Source: Escherichia coli
GTDB lineage: Bacteria; Pseudomonadota; Gammaproteobacteria; Enterobacterales; Enterobacteriaceae
DNA: 64,000 nucleotides
Reading direction: 5' to 3' (one strand)
NCBI RefSeq assembly: GCF_036507355.1
Contig: NZ_AP027877.1
Part shown: piece by piece, positions 11,323-22,893 of the stretch
Numbering within the stretch: the stretch's first letter is position 1
Layout: every line of letters begins with the position of its first letter
Position numbers and translations under genes: made by a program
Notes under the pieces: generated by a model
What the model was told of the DNA's origin: nothing
Database searches by the model: none
What the model saw: only the letters and a program-made list of their open reading frames with translations

Positions 11323-11532
11323 ATGTATAAAATTACCGCCACTATTGAAAAGGAAGGTGGCACTCCTACTAACTGGACAAGATATTCAAAATCTAAACTA
11401 ACGAAATCAGAATGCGAAAAAATGCTCTCAGGTAAAAAAGAAGCAGGCGTTTCCAGAGAGCAGAAAGTAAAACTGATAAATTTTAATTGCGAGAAACTTC
11501 AGTCCTCGAGAATTGCATTGTATTCAAATTAA
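11323..11532 (+). CDS. ydaC: Rac prophage small protein YdaC
   Basis: 69 aa MYKITATIEKEGGTPTNWTRYSKSKL...; conserved position between ralR and xis. Confidence 0.7.
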   Translation: MYKITATIEKEGGTPTNWTRYSKSKLTKSECEKMLSGKKEAGVSREQKVKLINFNCEKLQSSRIALYSN

Positions 11533-11610
11533 AACTTCATAGCTGATTATTAATAATCAACATCGGGCGTCAATTTCAGTCTAACATTGGCGCCTGCCAG
11601 AGGTGATGCG

Positions 11611-11826
11611 ATGGCACAAGTAATCTTTAATGAAGAGTGGATGGTTGAATACGGCCTGATGCTTCGCACTGGTCTGGGGGCCAGACAAATTGAAGCATAC
11701 CGCCAGAACTGTTGGGTGGAGGGCTTCCACTTCAAACGAGTATCTCCTTTAGGTAAGCCAGACAGCAAACGAGGGATTATCTGGTACAACTATCCAAAGA
11801 TAAATCAGTTTATCAAAGACTCATGA
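11611..11826 (+). CDS. xisR: prophage excisionase
   Basis: small protein [33 protein letters not shown]... immediately upstream of the integrase. Confidence 0.7.
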   Translation: MAQVIFNEEWMVEYGLMLRTGLGARQIEAYRQNCWVEGFHFKRVSPLGKPDSKRGIIWYNYPKINQFIKDS

Positions 11827-11827
11827 T

Positions 11828-13063
11828 ATGTCTAAATTACCAACAGGTGTCGAGATTAGAGGTAGATACATTCGCATCTGGTTCATGTTTCGAGGAAAAC
11901 GATGTCGGGAAACATTAAAAGGCTGGGAGATTACAAACAGTAATATTAAAAAGGCCGGAAATTTAAGAGCGCTGATAGTTCATGAAATAAACTCCGGTGA
12001 ATTTGAGTATTTAAGACGTTTTCCCCAGTCCAGCACTGGGGCAAAAATGGTGACAACGAGAGTCATAAAAACGTTCGGAGAGCTTTGTGATATCTGGACA
12101 AAAATTAAAGAGACAGAGTTAACAACAAACACAATGAAGAAAACGAAATCACAATTAAAAACACTCAGAATAATAATTTGTGAAAGTACCCCGATATCAC
12201 ATATTCGTTATAGCGATATCTTAAACTACCGGAATGAACTGCTGCATGGAGAAACGCTTTACCTGGATAATCCAAGATCCAACAAAAAAGGAAGAACCGT
12301 GCGCACAGTTGATAACTATATCGCCCTGCTCTGTTCGCTGTTGCGTTTTGCGTATCAGTCGGGATTTATATCAACCAAACCATTTGAAGGAGTAAAAAAA
12401 TTACAGCGAAACAGAATAAAGCCTGATCCGTTATCTAAAACAGAATTCAATGCATTAATGGAAAGTGAAAAAGGACAGAGCCAGAACTTGTGGAAATTTG
12501 CCGTTTACTCAGGACTTCGTCACGGGGAACTGGCAGCTCTGGCGTGGGAGGATGTGGATCTCGAAAAGGGAATAGTGAATGTCAGAAGAAACCTGACGAT
12601 ACTTGATATGTTCGGTCCCCCAAAAACAAATGCCGGGATCCGAACAGTAACACTACTGCAGCCTGCTCTTGAAGCACTGAAGGAGCAATACAAACTGACC
12701 GGGCATCATCGCAAAAGCGAAATCACCTTTTATCATCGGGAGTACGGCAGAACCGAAAAGCAAAAACTGCATTTTGTTTTCATGCCCAGGGTGTGTAACG
12801 GAAAACAAAAACCTTATTACTCGGTAAGCAGTTTGGGGGCAAGGTGGAATGCAGCAGTAAAACGTGCTGGTATTCGCCGCCGTAATCCGTACCATACGCG
12901 GCATACTTTTGCCTGCTGGCTGTTGACGGCAGGAGCGAACCCGGCATTTATAGCCAGCCAAATGGGGCATGAAACTGCGCAGATGGTGTATGAAATTTAC
13001 GGTATGTGGATTGATGACATGAACGACGAACAGATAGCCATGTTGAATGCGCGGTTATCGTAG
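11828..13063 (+). CDS. intR: tyrosine-type prophage integrase
   Basis: 411 aa, lambda Int-like, C-terminal RHTFA...Y catalytic region; next to the att core. Confidence 0.9.
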   Translation: MSKLPTGVEIRGRYIRIWFMFRGKRCRETLKGWEITNSNIKKAGNLRALIVHEINSGEFEYLRRFPQSSTGAKMVTTRVIKTFGELCDIWTKIKETELTTNTMKKTKSQLKTLRIIICESTPISHIRYSDILNYRNELLHGETLYLDNPRSNKKGRTVRTVDNYIALLCSLLRFAYQSGFISTKPFEGVKKLQRNRIKPDPLSKTEFNALMESEKGQSQNLWKFAVYSGLRHGELAALAWEDVDLEKGIVNVRRNLTILDMFGPPKTNAGIRTVTLLQPALEALKEQYKLTGHHRKSEITFYHREYGRTEKQKLHFVFMPRVCNGKQKPYYSVSSLGARWNAAVKRAGIRRRNPYHTRHTFACWLLTAGANPAFIASQMGHETAQMVYEIYGMWIDDMNDEQIAMLNARLS

Positions 13064-13071
13064 TTGCAAAG

Positions 13072-13090
13072 TTTGCCCCCAATTTGCCCC
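13072..13090 (+). repeat. two direct TTTGCCCC repeats between the int stop and the att core (putative arm-type sites)
   Basis: gtttgcccccaatttgcccca; same motif as at 2111-2160. Confidence 0.5.
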
Positions 13091-13114
13091 ATTTAGTACC
13101 AGGGAACTGAAATA

Positions 13115-14050
13115 ATGCAAGAAAATCAACAAATTACAAAGAAAGAACAATACAACCTGAACAAATTACAAAAACGCCTGCGTCGTAACGTGGGCGAAGC
13201 CATTGCTGACTTCAATATGATTGAAGAAGGCGATCGCATCATGGTTTGCCTCTCCGGGGGTAAAGACAGCTATACCATGCTGGAGATTCTGCGCAATTTG
13301 CAGCAAAGCGCGCCAATCAATTTTTCGCTGGTGGCTGTTAACCTCGATCAAAAGCAACCGGGCTTCCCGGAACACGTTCTGCCCGAGTATCTTGAAAAGC
13401 TGGGCGTTGAGTACAAGATTGTTGAAGAGAACACTTACGGTATCGTGAAAGAGAAGATTCCAGAGGGCAAAACCACTTGCTCACTGTGTTCTCGGCTACG
13501 TCGCGGTATCCTTTATCGCACCGCAACGGAACTGGGGGCGACGAAGATCGCGCTGGGTCACCATCGTGACGATATCCTGCAAACGCTGTTCTTAAATATG
13601 TTCTACGGCGGCAAGATGAAAGGTATGCCTCCGAAATTGATGAGCGATGATGGCAAACATATCGTGATTCGTCCGCTGGCCTACTGCCGCGAGAAAGATA
13701 TTCAGCGCTTTGCCGATGCAAAAGCGTTCCCGATTATTCCGTGCAACCTGTGCGGTTCACAGCCTAACCTGCAACGTCAGGTGATTGCTGACATGTTGCG
13801 TGACTGGGATAAACGTTATCCGGGGCGTATCGAGACGATGTTCAGCGCGATGCAGAATGTGGTGCCATCGCATCTGTGCGATACCAACCTGTTCGATTTT
13901 AAAGGCATTACCCACGGTTCTGAAGTGGTTAACGGGGGTGATCTGGCGTTTGATCGCGAAGAGATCCCACTACAACCGGCGGGCTGGCAGCCAGAAGAAG
14001 ATGAAAATCAGTTGGATGAGTTACGGCTGAATGTGGTTGAAGTGAAATAA
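13115..14050 (+). CDS. ttcA: tRNA 2-thiocytidine biosynthesis protein TtcA
   Basis: 311 aa with SGGKDS PP-loop and CxxC motifs; 5' end contains the att core. Confidence 0.9.
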   Translation: MQENQQITKKEQYNLNKLQKRLRRNVGEAIADFNMIEEGDRIMVCLSGGKDSYTMLEILRNLQQSAPINFSLVAVNLDQKQPGFPEHVLPEYLEKLGVEYKIVEENTYGIVKEKIPEGKTTCSLCSRLRRGILYRTATELGATKIALGHHRDDILQTLFLNMFYGGKMKGMPPKLMSDDGKHIVIRPLAYCREKDIQRFADAKAFPIIPCNLCGSQPNLQRQVIADMLRDWDKRYPGRIETMFSAMQNVVPSHLCDTNLFDFKGITHGSEVVNGGDLAFDREEIPLQPAGWQPEEDENQLDELRLNVVEVK

Positions 14051-14095
14051 CCAGGATAGCGCCCGATGCGCAAGCGTATCGGGCTACTCTTATGG

Positions 14096-14130
14096 AGGCC
14101 GGATAAGACGCGGCCAGCGTCGCATCCGGC
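14096..14130. repeat. REP (repetitive extragenic palindrome) element
   Basis: gccggataagacgcggccagcgtcgcatccggc. Confidence 0.7.
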
Positions 14131-14178
14131 AATCCCGAATAAGATGTTTACTCTTGCACCCGGCAATTCAACATTTCA

Positions 14179-15552
14179 TTATTTTAATAACCGCACCCGG
14201 CACGTTTTTCCTTTAATCTTCCCGCCCTGTAACTGTTTCCATGCTTTATGAGCAACAGCCTGACGGACCGCGACATAGACATGCGCCGGATGCACGGCGA
14301 TTTTGCCAATATCTGCGCCATCAAGCCCGATATCTCCTGTCAGTGCACCTAATACATCACCCGGGCGCATTTTGGCTTTTTTCCCGCCATCGATACACAA
14401 CGTTGCCATTTCTGCTTCCAGCGTCACAATGGAACTATTAGCTGGCGGCGTTTGCCAGTTAAGTTTTATCTGCAACATGTCAGAAATGATATTGGCCCGC
14501 TGTGCTTCTTCCGGAGCACAGAAACTGATCGCCAGACCGCTATTTCCTGCACGAGCTGTACGACCGATGCGATGTACATGAACTTCAGGGTCCCACGCCA
14601 GCTCAAAGTTCACCACCAGCTCAAGCGATTTAATATCCAGACCACGCGCAGCAACATCAGTCGCGACCAGTACACGGGCGCTACCGTTAGCAAAACGTAC
14701 CAGGGTCTGATCGCGATCGCGTTGCTCCAAATCGCCGTGTAATGACAATGCACTTTGCCCTACTTCATTCAGCGCGTCGCAGACAGCCTGGCAATCTTTT
14801 TTGGTATTGCAAAACACCACGCAAGAGGATGGCTGATGCAAGCTTAATAACCGTTGCAACAGAGGAATTTTGCCTTTACTGGATGTCTCATAAAATTGTT
14901 GATCAATGGGTGGCAAAGCATCTGTTGAGTCAATTTCAATCGCCAAAGGATCGCGTTGCACTCGTCCGCTGATTGCAGCGATGGCTTCCGGCCAGGTTGC
15001 TGAAAACAGAAGCGTCTGTCGAGATGCAGGCGCAAAACGGATGACATCATCAATGGCATCGCTAAATCCCATATCCAGCATGCGGTCGGCCTCATCCATC
15101 ACCAAAGTATTCAGCGCATCCAGTGATACCGTGCCTTTTTGCAAGTGATCCAGCAAACGACCCGGCGTTGCCACGATAATATGCGGCGCATGTTGCAACG
15201 AATCACGCTGCATACCGAACGGTTGACCACCGCACAACGTCAAAATTTTGGTATTTGGCAGAAAACGCGCCAGCCGACGCAATTCACCTGCCACCTGATC
15301 CGCCAGTTCACGCGTAGGACACAGCACTAAAGCCTGGGTTTGAAATAGCGACGCATCAATTTGCTGTAACAAGCCGAGGCCAAAAGCCGCCGTTTTGCCG
15401 CTGCCGGTTTTCGCCTGCACGCGAACATCTTTTCCGGCAAGGATCGCCGGAAGCGCGGCGGCCTGCACCGGCGTCATGGTTAAATAACCCAACTCATTAA
15501 GGTTCGTGAGTTGGGCGGGAGGCAAAACATTCAGGGTAGAAAAAGCGGTCAC
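14179..15552 (-). CDS. dbpA: ATP-dependent RNA helicase DbpA (DEAD-box)
   Basis: 457 aa with Q-motif, GSGKT Walker A and DEAD box. Confidence 0.9.
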   Translation of the reverse strand: MTAFSTLNVLPPAQLTNLNELGYLTMTPVQAAALPAILAGKDVRVQAKTGSGKTAAFGLGLLQQIDASLFQTQALVLCPTRELADQVAGELRRLARFLPNTKILTLCGGQPFGMQRDSLQHAPHIIVATPGRLLDHLQKGTVSLDALNTLVMDEADRMLDMGFSDAIDDVIRFAPASRQTLLFSATWPEAIAAISGRVQRDPLAIEIDSTDALPPIDQQFYETSSKGKIPLLQRLLSLHQPSSCVVFCNTKKDCQAVCDALNEVGQSALSLHGDLEQRDRDQTLVRFANGSARVLVATDVAARGLDIKSLELVVNFELAWDPEVHVHRIGRTARAGNSGLAISFCAPEEAQRANIISDMLQIKLNWQTPPANSSIVTLEAEMATLCIDGGKKAKMRPGDVLGALTGDIGLDGADIGKIAVHPAHVYVAVRQAVAHKAWKQLQGGKIKGKTCRVRLLK

Positions 15553-15812
15553 AATCTATTCTCGTGGTCATCGACGCAAAGTTAGCAGGCGCGTATCCTC
15601 GCAGATCTACGCTCACGATGCGACAATTTAATCGGTTCTTCATCGGGTGGTGGGTCAGGCATGGGTTGCGGGCGAGGGATCGGATCGGGCACTGGAACAG
15701 GATCGCCAGGAATCGGTTCAGGGACAGGAATTTGCAAATAAATAAGTGTCGTCATATTTCCCTCCGGTCATTGGGTGGACTCTTAAAGGGTAGACGCTGA
15801 TAAATAACAGGC

Positions 15813-15934
15813 AAAAAAAAGCCGACTCATCAAAGTCGGCGTCGTACGAATCAATTGTGCTATGCAGTAATTCAAAAAAGGAAGTAAGACAATATGGAGC
15901 GCAACGCCCATCGCTTGACGTTGCATTCACCTGC
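15813..15934 (-). ncRNA. fnrS: FNR-activated small RNA FnrS
   Basis: reverse complement reads gcaggtgaatgcaacgtcaagcgatgggcgttgcgctccatattgtc... ending in a gccgacttt/aaagtcggc hairpin plus U-run. Confidence 0.8.
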
Positions 15935-15969
15935 AAGAGAGATATTGCCCTGAATGGGTAGAGAGTTTA

Positions 15970-15983
15970 TTGACTTCGCTCAA
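15970..15983 (-). promoter_or_regulatory. FNR box (TTGAC-N4-CTCAA) about 41.5 bp upstream of the fnrS start
   Basis: ttgacttcgctcaa half-site palindrome centred ~42 bp upstream of the inferred FnrS 5' end. Confidence 0.6.
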
Positions 15984-16029
15984 ACTTTGCGGCGTTTTTG
16001 TATACAGACAGCCGGAAAAATTGCTTTTG

Positions 16030-17034
<1,005 letters not shown>

Positions 17035-17267
17035 TTATTTTGTAGTCTAGCCTTCTGGCCCTGTTACGCAACATCTCATCACCCCATTACCCTGAAATGA
17101 TTAATAAAATTCTGTCTAAATTGAATACAAAAAGCAAAATGCTTTTCCGTATACAAACCGTGTGAAGTGTTAAATAGCGTCTATCATTATCAGAATTATC
17201 TGATCATATGACGAGGCTTTTTTGCGATCGGATAGCAACAAAAATTGATAAAAATAATGGGATCTCA

Positions 17268-18500
17268 ATGATTACGCACAACTTCAATACCCTGGACTTA
17301 CTCACCAGTCCTGTCTGGATCGTTTCGCCCTTTGAGGAACAGTTAATTTATGCCAATAGCGCGGCGCGACTGTTGATGCAAGACCTCACGTTTAGTCAGC
17401 TACGAACCGGTCCCTATTCCGTCTCCTCACAAAAAGAACTGCCGAAATACCTCTCCGATCTGCAAAACCAACACGATATTATCGAAATCCTCACTGTTCA
17501 GCGTAAAGAAGAGGAAACAGCATTAAGCTGTCGGCTTGTTTTGCGAGAGCTGACAGAAACAGAACCGGTGATTATTTTCGAAGGTATCGAAGCGCCGGCA
17601 ACGCTGGGGTTAAAAGCCAGTCGCTCGGCAAATTATCAGCGCAAAAAACAAGGTTTTTATGCGCGCTTTTTTCTGACTAACTCTGCACCAATGTTGTTGA
17701 TTGACCCGTCACGAGATGGACAAATCGTCGATGCTAACCTCGCCGCGCTCAATTTCTATGGTTATAACCATGAAACGATGTGCCAGAAACATACCTGGGA
17801 AATAAATATGCTCGGGCGTCGCGTCATGCCTATCATGCATGAAATTTCGCATTTACCCGGCGGTCATAAACCTTTGAATTTTGTTCATAAACTGGCGGAT
17901 GGATCTACTCGTCATGTGCAGACCTATGCCGGACCGATTGAAATTTATGGCGACAAGCTCATGTTATGTATTGTGCATGATATTACTGAGCAAAAACGGC
18001 TGGAGGAGCAGCTGGAACATGCTGCTCACCATGACGCGATGACCGGATTACTGAATCGGCGACAGTTTTATCACATTACGGAACCAGGCCAAATGCAGCA
18101 TCTCGCCATCGCTCAGGATTACAGCTTGTTGCTCATCGACACCGATCGTTTTAAACACATTAACGATCTCTATGGGCATTCTAAAGGTGATGAGGTGTTA
18201 TGCGCCCTCGCCCGCACCCTCGAAAGTTGCGCTCGCAAAGGCGATTTGGTGTTTCGTTGGGGAGGCGAAGAGTTTGTCTTATTGCTACCAAGAACCCCAC
18301 TGGATACCGCGCTTTCGCTGGCTGAAACTATCCGCGTAAGCGTGGCAAAAGTGAGTATTTCGGGCTTACCACGCTTTACCGTCAGCATTGGTGTGGCGCA
18401 TCACGAAGGAAATGAAAGCATCGATGAACTGTTTAAACGCGTTGATGATGCTTTGTATCGGGCGAAAAATGATGGACGCAACCGCGTGCTGGCGGCATAA
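17268..18500 (+). CDS. dgcM: diguanylate cyclase DgcM (PAS-GGDEF)
   Basis: PAS region followed by a GGEEF motif (RWGGEEFVLLLP); tracked ORF starts at 17208. Confidence 0.85.
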   Translation: MITHNFNTLDLLTSPVWIVSPFEEQLIYANSAARLLMQDLTFSQLRTGPYSVSSQKELPKYLSDLQNQHDIIEILTVQRKEEETALSCRLVLRELTETEPVIIFEGIEAPATLGLKASRSANYQRKKQGFYARFFLTNSAPMLLIDPSRDGQIVDANLAALNFYGYNHETMCQKHTWEINMLGRRVMPIMHEISHLPGGHKPLNFVHKLADGSTRHVQTYAGPIEIYGDKLMLCIVHDITEQKRLEEQLEHAAHHDAMTGLLNRRQFYHITEPGQMQHLAIAQDYSLLLIDTDRFKHINDLYGHSKGDEVLCALARTLESCARKGDLVFRWGGEEFVLLLPRTPLDTALSLAETIRVSVAKVSISGLPRFTVSIGVAHHEGNESIDELFKRVDDALYRAKNDGRNRVLAA

Positions 18501-18559
18501 GCCGCGGATGCGTCTCGAGATCAACGACTGCGCTTAGCGTGGCGCTCCCAGTTTTCTTG

Positions 18560-19084
18560 CTACGCCTGCGCCGTTTTACGTAGTGCGACGTAACACGCCC
18601 CGCTGCCGCCATGATGCGGTAGCGCGGTGCAATATGCCTGAACATCATCAAATTCGGTCAGCCAGCGCGCCACATAGCTGCGGACAATATTGGCATGCGA
18701 TTTATCATCCCGCCCTTTACCATGAATAATCAGCACGTTACGCAAACCATCCGCCAGGGCTTGTTGAATAAAACTGAACACCATTTTGCGGCACTCTTCC
18801 ACCGGCTGGCGCAAAAGATTCAGGCTCGCCTGTTGCGGATATTTACCACTGCGCAGCTTATCCAGCACCCCATGTTGCAACCCTTCCCGCCGAAACTCCA
18901 GCGGCTGACTTAGTGGGATGATGTCGAGAAATCCGGTGGTGAGGAAATTATCAAGCTGCAGCGTGTCGATACGCTGCGGCGCACGTTGGTTACGCGTTGG
19001 ATGCCAGTGGACATCGGTAGCACGTTTCAGCGGCTGGACATCTTCCATGGCGTCAAGAAACAGCGATTTGTCGTCAAGGTTCAT
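18560..19084 (-). CDS. smrA: Smr-domain DNA endonuclease SmrA
   Basis: 174-aa ORF MNLDDKSLFLDAMEDVQPL... with Smr domain region (LIIHGKGRDD). Confidence 0.7.
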   Translation of the reverse strand: MNLDDKSLFLDAMEDVQPLKRATDVHWHPTRNQRAPQRIDTLQLDNFLTTGFLDIIPLSQPLEFRREGLQHGVLDKLRSGKYPQQASLNLLRQPVEECRKMVFSFIQQALADGLRNVLIIHGKGRDDKSHANIVRSYVARWLTEFDDVQAYCTALPHHGGSGACYVALRKTAQA

Positions 19085-19278
19085 GTAACCTCCTATGCAC
19101 CTTCACACGTCGTGATTCAGACGGGTTAATTGTTCATACTTACTGCATCGTTCCCTTCACAGATTGAAACAATACTCTACTTCATACCTGTGAGTATCTG
19201 CGCAGGCGGGGCATTTTATACTAGCCTGTTAGCAGTATCGAACAGTTTAGCCCGAGTTTAATTCAGCACAGGCTCCGA

Positions 19279-20792
19279 TCAGGATGATTTATTCATAGCA
19301 GGAACCAACAAAAATGCGATAAATAACAGACCACTGATTAGCAGAAAGGTATCCGAAAATGCCATAGTTTGCGCCTCCCTCAGCATCAATTGACTCAATA
19401 ATTTGGTTGAAGCCAGTATTTCCGATGTCTGGTCACTTCCACTGCGATTAAAAAATAAAGCACTTCTGGAAATGAAGTCATTCACCGTATGGGGAACAGA
19501 AACCATTTTTTCACCCATTCTCGAAAAATGAAAATTAGTTCGATTATTGAGAATAGAGCCACACAGGGCAATACCGATCGCGCCCCCAAGATTACGTGTT
19601 AAATTAAATACACCAGAGGCTAACTTCAGCCGTTCTTTTGGAATTCCCCCCAGCGTTAATGTTACGATGGGGGCCATCGCAAACTGCTGCGAAATCCCTC
19701 TAATTGCCTGTGGAAACAGTAACTCCTGCCATCCCCATTCGTGGGTTATAGGGGTAAAAAGATACATTGAAAACACAAATCCGCCCAGCCCCGCCATCAA
19801 CAGCCATCGCAGATTTATTTTTTTACTTAACCAGAAGTAAAAGGGAACAGAAAATAACTGGAAAATACCTGTTGTGCAAACGGCAAAACCTATCTCTTCG
19901 GCATTTAATCCGCGAATCTGCCCCAAAAACACAGGTATTAAATATACAGTAGAGAATATCCCAACTCCTCCAGAAAAAGAAAAAAACATCCCAGAGTGAA
20001 ATTTTTATCCTTAAAAGCATGAAGATCCATTATCGGATTGGATATTGTAAGTGTACGCGCAGCAAATAAAATAAAACTCACCAATGCCAGAACTGATGTC
20101 AGCAAAATAGTATTATCATCCAGCCATCCCCAGCGCGCTCCTTCTTCAAGGGTATATTCCAGACATCCCAGTGTCATGGCCAACAGGATAATACTCGGAT
20201 AATCAGCAACTTTCAGTAAAGAGAGATCAGGTTTATCAAAATTAACCAGAAAAGGAATACTCAAAACTAAATATATGCCAGGTAATATATTGATATAAAA
20301 TAGCCATCGCCAGTCGAGGTTATCAGTGATCCAGCCCCCCAGAGTTGGCCCTAGCGTCGGTGACAGTGAGGCCAGCGCACTGACTACCGCAGCAGCCAAC
20401 CCCAACTCTTTACCCTGGTAATAAATAAACGCCGTCGTGAAAACTAAAGGGATCATGGATGCGCCAGCAGCTCCCTGTAAAGCACGAAACAAAATCATGA
20501 TCTGAATATTCCATGCAAGTCCACACGCGATACTCATTAAAGTAAATATTCCCGCGGATAGAGTAAAAAGCCAACGAGTGGAAAATACCCGTGACAGCCA
20601 CCCAGAGAGCGGAATAACAATAATCTCAGCAATTAAATAGCTGGTCTGAAGCCAGGCCATTTCGTCTTTACCTGCGGACAGACCACCACCTATTTCATTT
20701 AGGGATGACGATACAATTTGAATATCAAGCTGAGCAATAAATAATCCCATACACATACTGGCGAAAGCAATATGTTTACGCATAGACATCAT
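19279..20792 (-). pseudogene. EmrB-like MFS efflux transporter, frameshifted in a homopolymer run
   Basis: two overlapping ORFs (284 aa and 236 aa) that together form one 14-TM-type MFS protein; frame break at the T/A run near 19977-19984. Confidence 0.7.
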
Positions 20793-21820
20793 CTCTCATC
20801 AACACTGACGGTGACGGACAGTCCCGGGCGAAGAAGTTGCTTTAATTCCTTTGCGTCGTCAAATGCAATCCGTACCGGGACACGCTGAACAATTTTGGTG
20901 AAATTGCCAGTGGCATTTTCTATCGGAATCAAGCTGAAACTGGCTCCTGTCGCTGGGGAAAGGCTTTCAATGTGACCGTGAAACACTTCCCCTTTGAGAA
21001 TATCAGCACGGATCTCAGCCTTCATTCCTGGCTTCATTCCCGCTATTTGGTTTTCTTTATAATTTGCATCAACCCACAACTCACTGACTGGTACTAGTGA
21101 AACTAACGATGTGCCGCCTTCCACCCAACTGCCTGTATGGGCGCTGCGGTTTGCGACAATGCCATCAATCGGCGCACGAACAAGGGTATATTCCAGATCC
21201 AGTAGTGCCTGAGTCAAAGCGGCCTGAACTTCTTCGATACTCGCACGTACGTTTTCTTCCTGAGCAGATAAAACTGCCAGCCGTTGCTTCTCCACCAGGA
21301 AATCGTTCGCGGCTTTGCGCTCCTTTGCTGCGACCTGCTGGTAGTCAAACCTGGCGTTATCAATAATTTGTTGCGATATTGCCGCTGATTGTGCGAGTTT
21401 TTCATAACGTTCAGTATCTCGCAGGCGCTTTTGCTCCTCATGTTTTACTGCCTGCCATGTTTCACTGGCACTTTGAATTATCGACTGCTGCATCGCAATA
21501 GTGGCTTGAATGCTTTCGAGATTGGCTTTGCTACTTTTTATTTTTGCCTCAAGCCTGGCGACATTTGCACGATAATCCCGATCATCGAGACGCAGGATAA
21601 TATCGCCTTTTTTTACGCTCTGATTATCGCGCACCTCTATAGCAGAAATATAACCAGAAACTTTACTTGCCACCGTGGTGATATTACCACCAATGTAAGC
21701 ATCATCCGTCGTCTGTATAAATCTTCCTTTGCTTACCCACCAGATAAAAAAGACAACGCCAGTCAAAAGAATACCGATCGCTACCACCCCAATAAGCTGT
21801 TTTTTAGAAATTATCATCAC
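20789..21820 (-). CDS. HlyD/EmrA-family membrane fusion protein
   Basis: 343 aa, N-terminal TM helix, long coiled-coil, C-terminal beta domain; start overlaps the MFS gene by 4 nt. Confidence 0.75.
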   Translation of the reverse strand: MMIISKKQLIGVVAIGILLTGVVFFIWWVSKGRFIQTTDDAYIGGNITTVASKVSGYISAIEVRDNQSVKKGDIILRLDDRDYRANVARLEAKIKSSKANLESIQATIAMQQSIIQSASETWQAVKHEEQKRLRDTERYEKLAQSAAISQQIIDNARFDYQQVAAKERKAANDFLVEKQRLAVLSAQEENVRASIEEVQAALTQALLDLEYTLVRAPIDGIVANRSAHTGSWVEGGTSLVSLVPVSELWVDANYKENQIAGMKPGMKAEIRADILKGEVFHGHIESLSPATGASFSLIPIENATGNFTKIVQRVPVRIAFDDAKELKQLLRPGLSVTVSVDER

Positions 21821-21913
21821 TCTTTACACCGTATATATCCGGAAACTTGCATACGTCATATTTAAAATTTAACATGGCTTATTTGATGATTTCTGACAAA
21901 ATACCTACTGTAA

Positions 21914-22729
21914 ATGACAATTACACTGCAACCCAAAGCATCACCAGGGCATCACATTATCGGACTGGATTCGGAACATCTGAATGGAGGTACAGTTCCC
22001 TGGCATAAACATCTCTATGCCCAGTTGCTTTACCCGGCTGAAGGAGTCGTTCGTGTATGGGCTGGAGAAAGCGTCTGGCTAGTCCATGCCAGCAGCGCGC
22101 TTTGGCTGCCCCCACAAATGCCGCATAAGTTTGTTGCGACAGGCAACGTACTTTTAAAAACCGTACTGGTTTCAGAAGCGGAAAGTGAAACGCTGGGAAC
22201 AGTTTGCTTCATGACGGGTATTTCACCCCTGTTAAGGGAATTACTAATTGCAATTAACCAACTTCCACCGTCGCAAAGTACCACAGATAAACAACAGTTA
22301 CGTTTTTCAGCCCTCGAGACACTGATACTTCAGGAAATAAAAATGGGGGTGAAAATGTCACTTGAACTCCCTTGGCCAAATGATGAGCGGCTACAGCAGC
22401 TTTGTGAGAATTTGCTAAACAACCAAGGGTATCTGCCAACACTGGATAATCTAGCGGATAAAATTAACGTCAGTAGCCGTACACTCATGCGCTTATTTGT
22501 TAAAGAGACGGGATTAACATTTCGCCACTGGGTTCAGCAAATGCACGTTATATCTGCAGTGACGCTTCTTGATGATGGATATTCGTTGACCAAAATTGCC
22601 CATCGTCTGGGCTATGCCTCAGCTGAATCGTTCGGCAATATGTTTAAGCGTCGAACGGGTTACTCGCCCGGTAAATTTACTCGTCGATTAACGATGCATG
22701 ATTATGCAATCACAAGACAAATGATTTAA
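21914..22729 (+). CDS. AraC-family transcriptional regulator
   Basis: 271 aa with cupin-like N-domain and C-terminal double HTH; divergent from the efflux genes. Confidence 0.75.
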   Translation: MTITLQPKASPGHHIIGLDSEHLNGGTVPWHKHLYAQLLYPAEGVVRVWAGESVWLVHASSALWLPPQMPHKFVATGNVLLKTVLVSEAESETLGTVCFMTGISPLLRELLIAINQLPPSQSTTDKQQLRFSALETLILQEIKMGVKMSLELPWPNDERLQQLCENLLNNQGYLPTLDNLADKINVSSRTLMRLFVKETGLTFRHWVQQMHVISAVTLLDDGYSLTKIAHRLGYASAESFGNMFKRRTGYSPGKFTRRLTMHDYAITRQMI

Positions 22730-22799
22730 CTTATATTTTCGTGAAATCTGTCACTGAAGAAAATTGGCAACGGATGGGTAAAACCGTTATAACACTGTC

Positions 22800-22893
22800 A
22801 CCGGTCACCAGGACCCCAGGCCGGATTTAAGACGAGGATGCACTGCTGTGTGTACTGTAGAGTCTGGCGGATGTCGACAGGCTCTATTTTTTT
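22800..22893 (+). ncRNA. mcaS: McaS-like small RNA
   Basis: accggtcaccaggaccccaggccggatttaagacgaggatgcactgctgtgtgtactgtagagtctggcggatgtcgacaggctctattttttt resembles remembered McaS; strand assignment tentative. Confidence 0.55.

Larger units (their letters stand above)
10359..11330 (+). pseudogene. ralR: restriction alleviation protein RalR (Lar) interrupted by IS1
   Basis: MRYDNV then IS1 then KPCPFCGCPSVTVKAISGYYRAKCNGCESRTGYGGSEKEALERWNKRTTGNNNGGVHV; 9-bp duplication flanks the IS. Confidence 0.85.
1982..13164. mobile_element. Rac-type lambdoid prophage remnant (~11 kb) bounded by a 26-bp direct repeat
   Basis: identical 26-bp core aagaaagaacaatacaacctgaacaa at 1982-2007 and 13139-13164; integrase/excisionase at one end and tail fibre genes at the other; phage genes in between. 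Confidence 0.85.
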
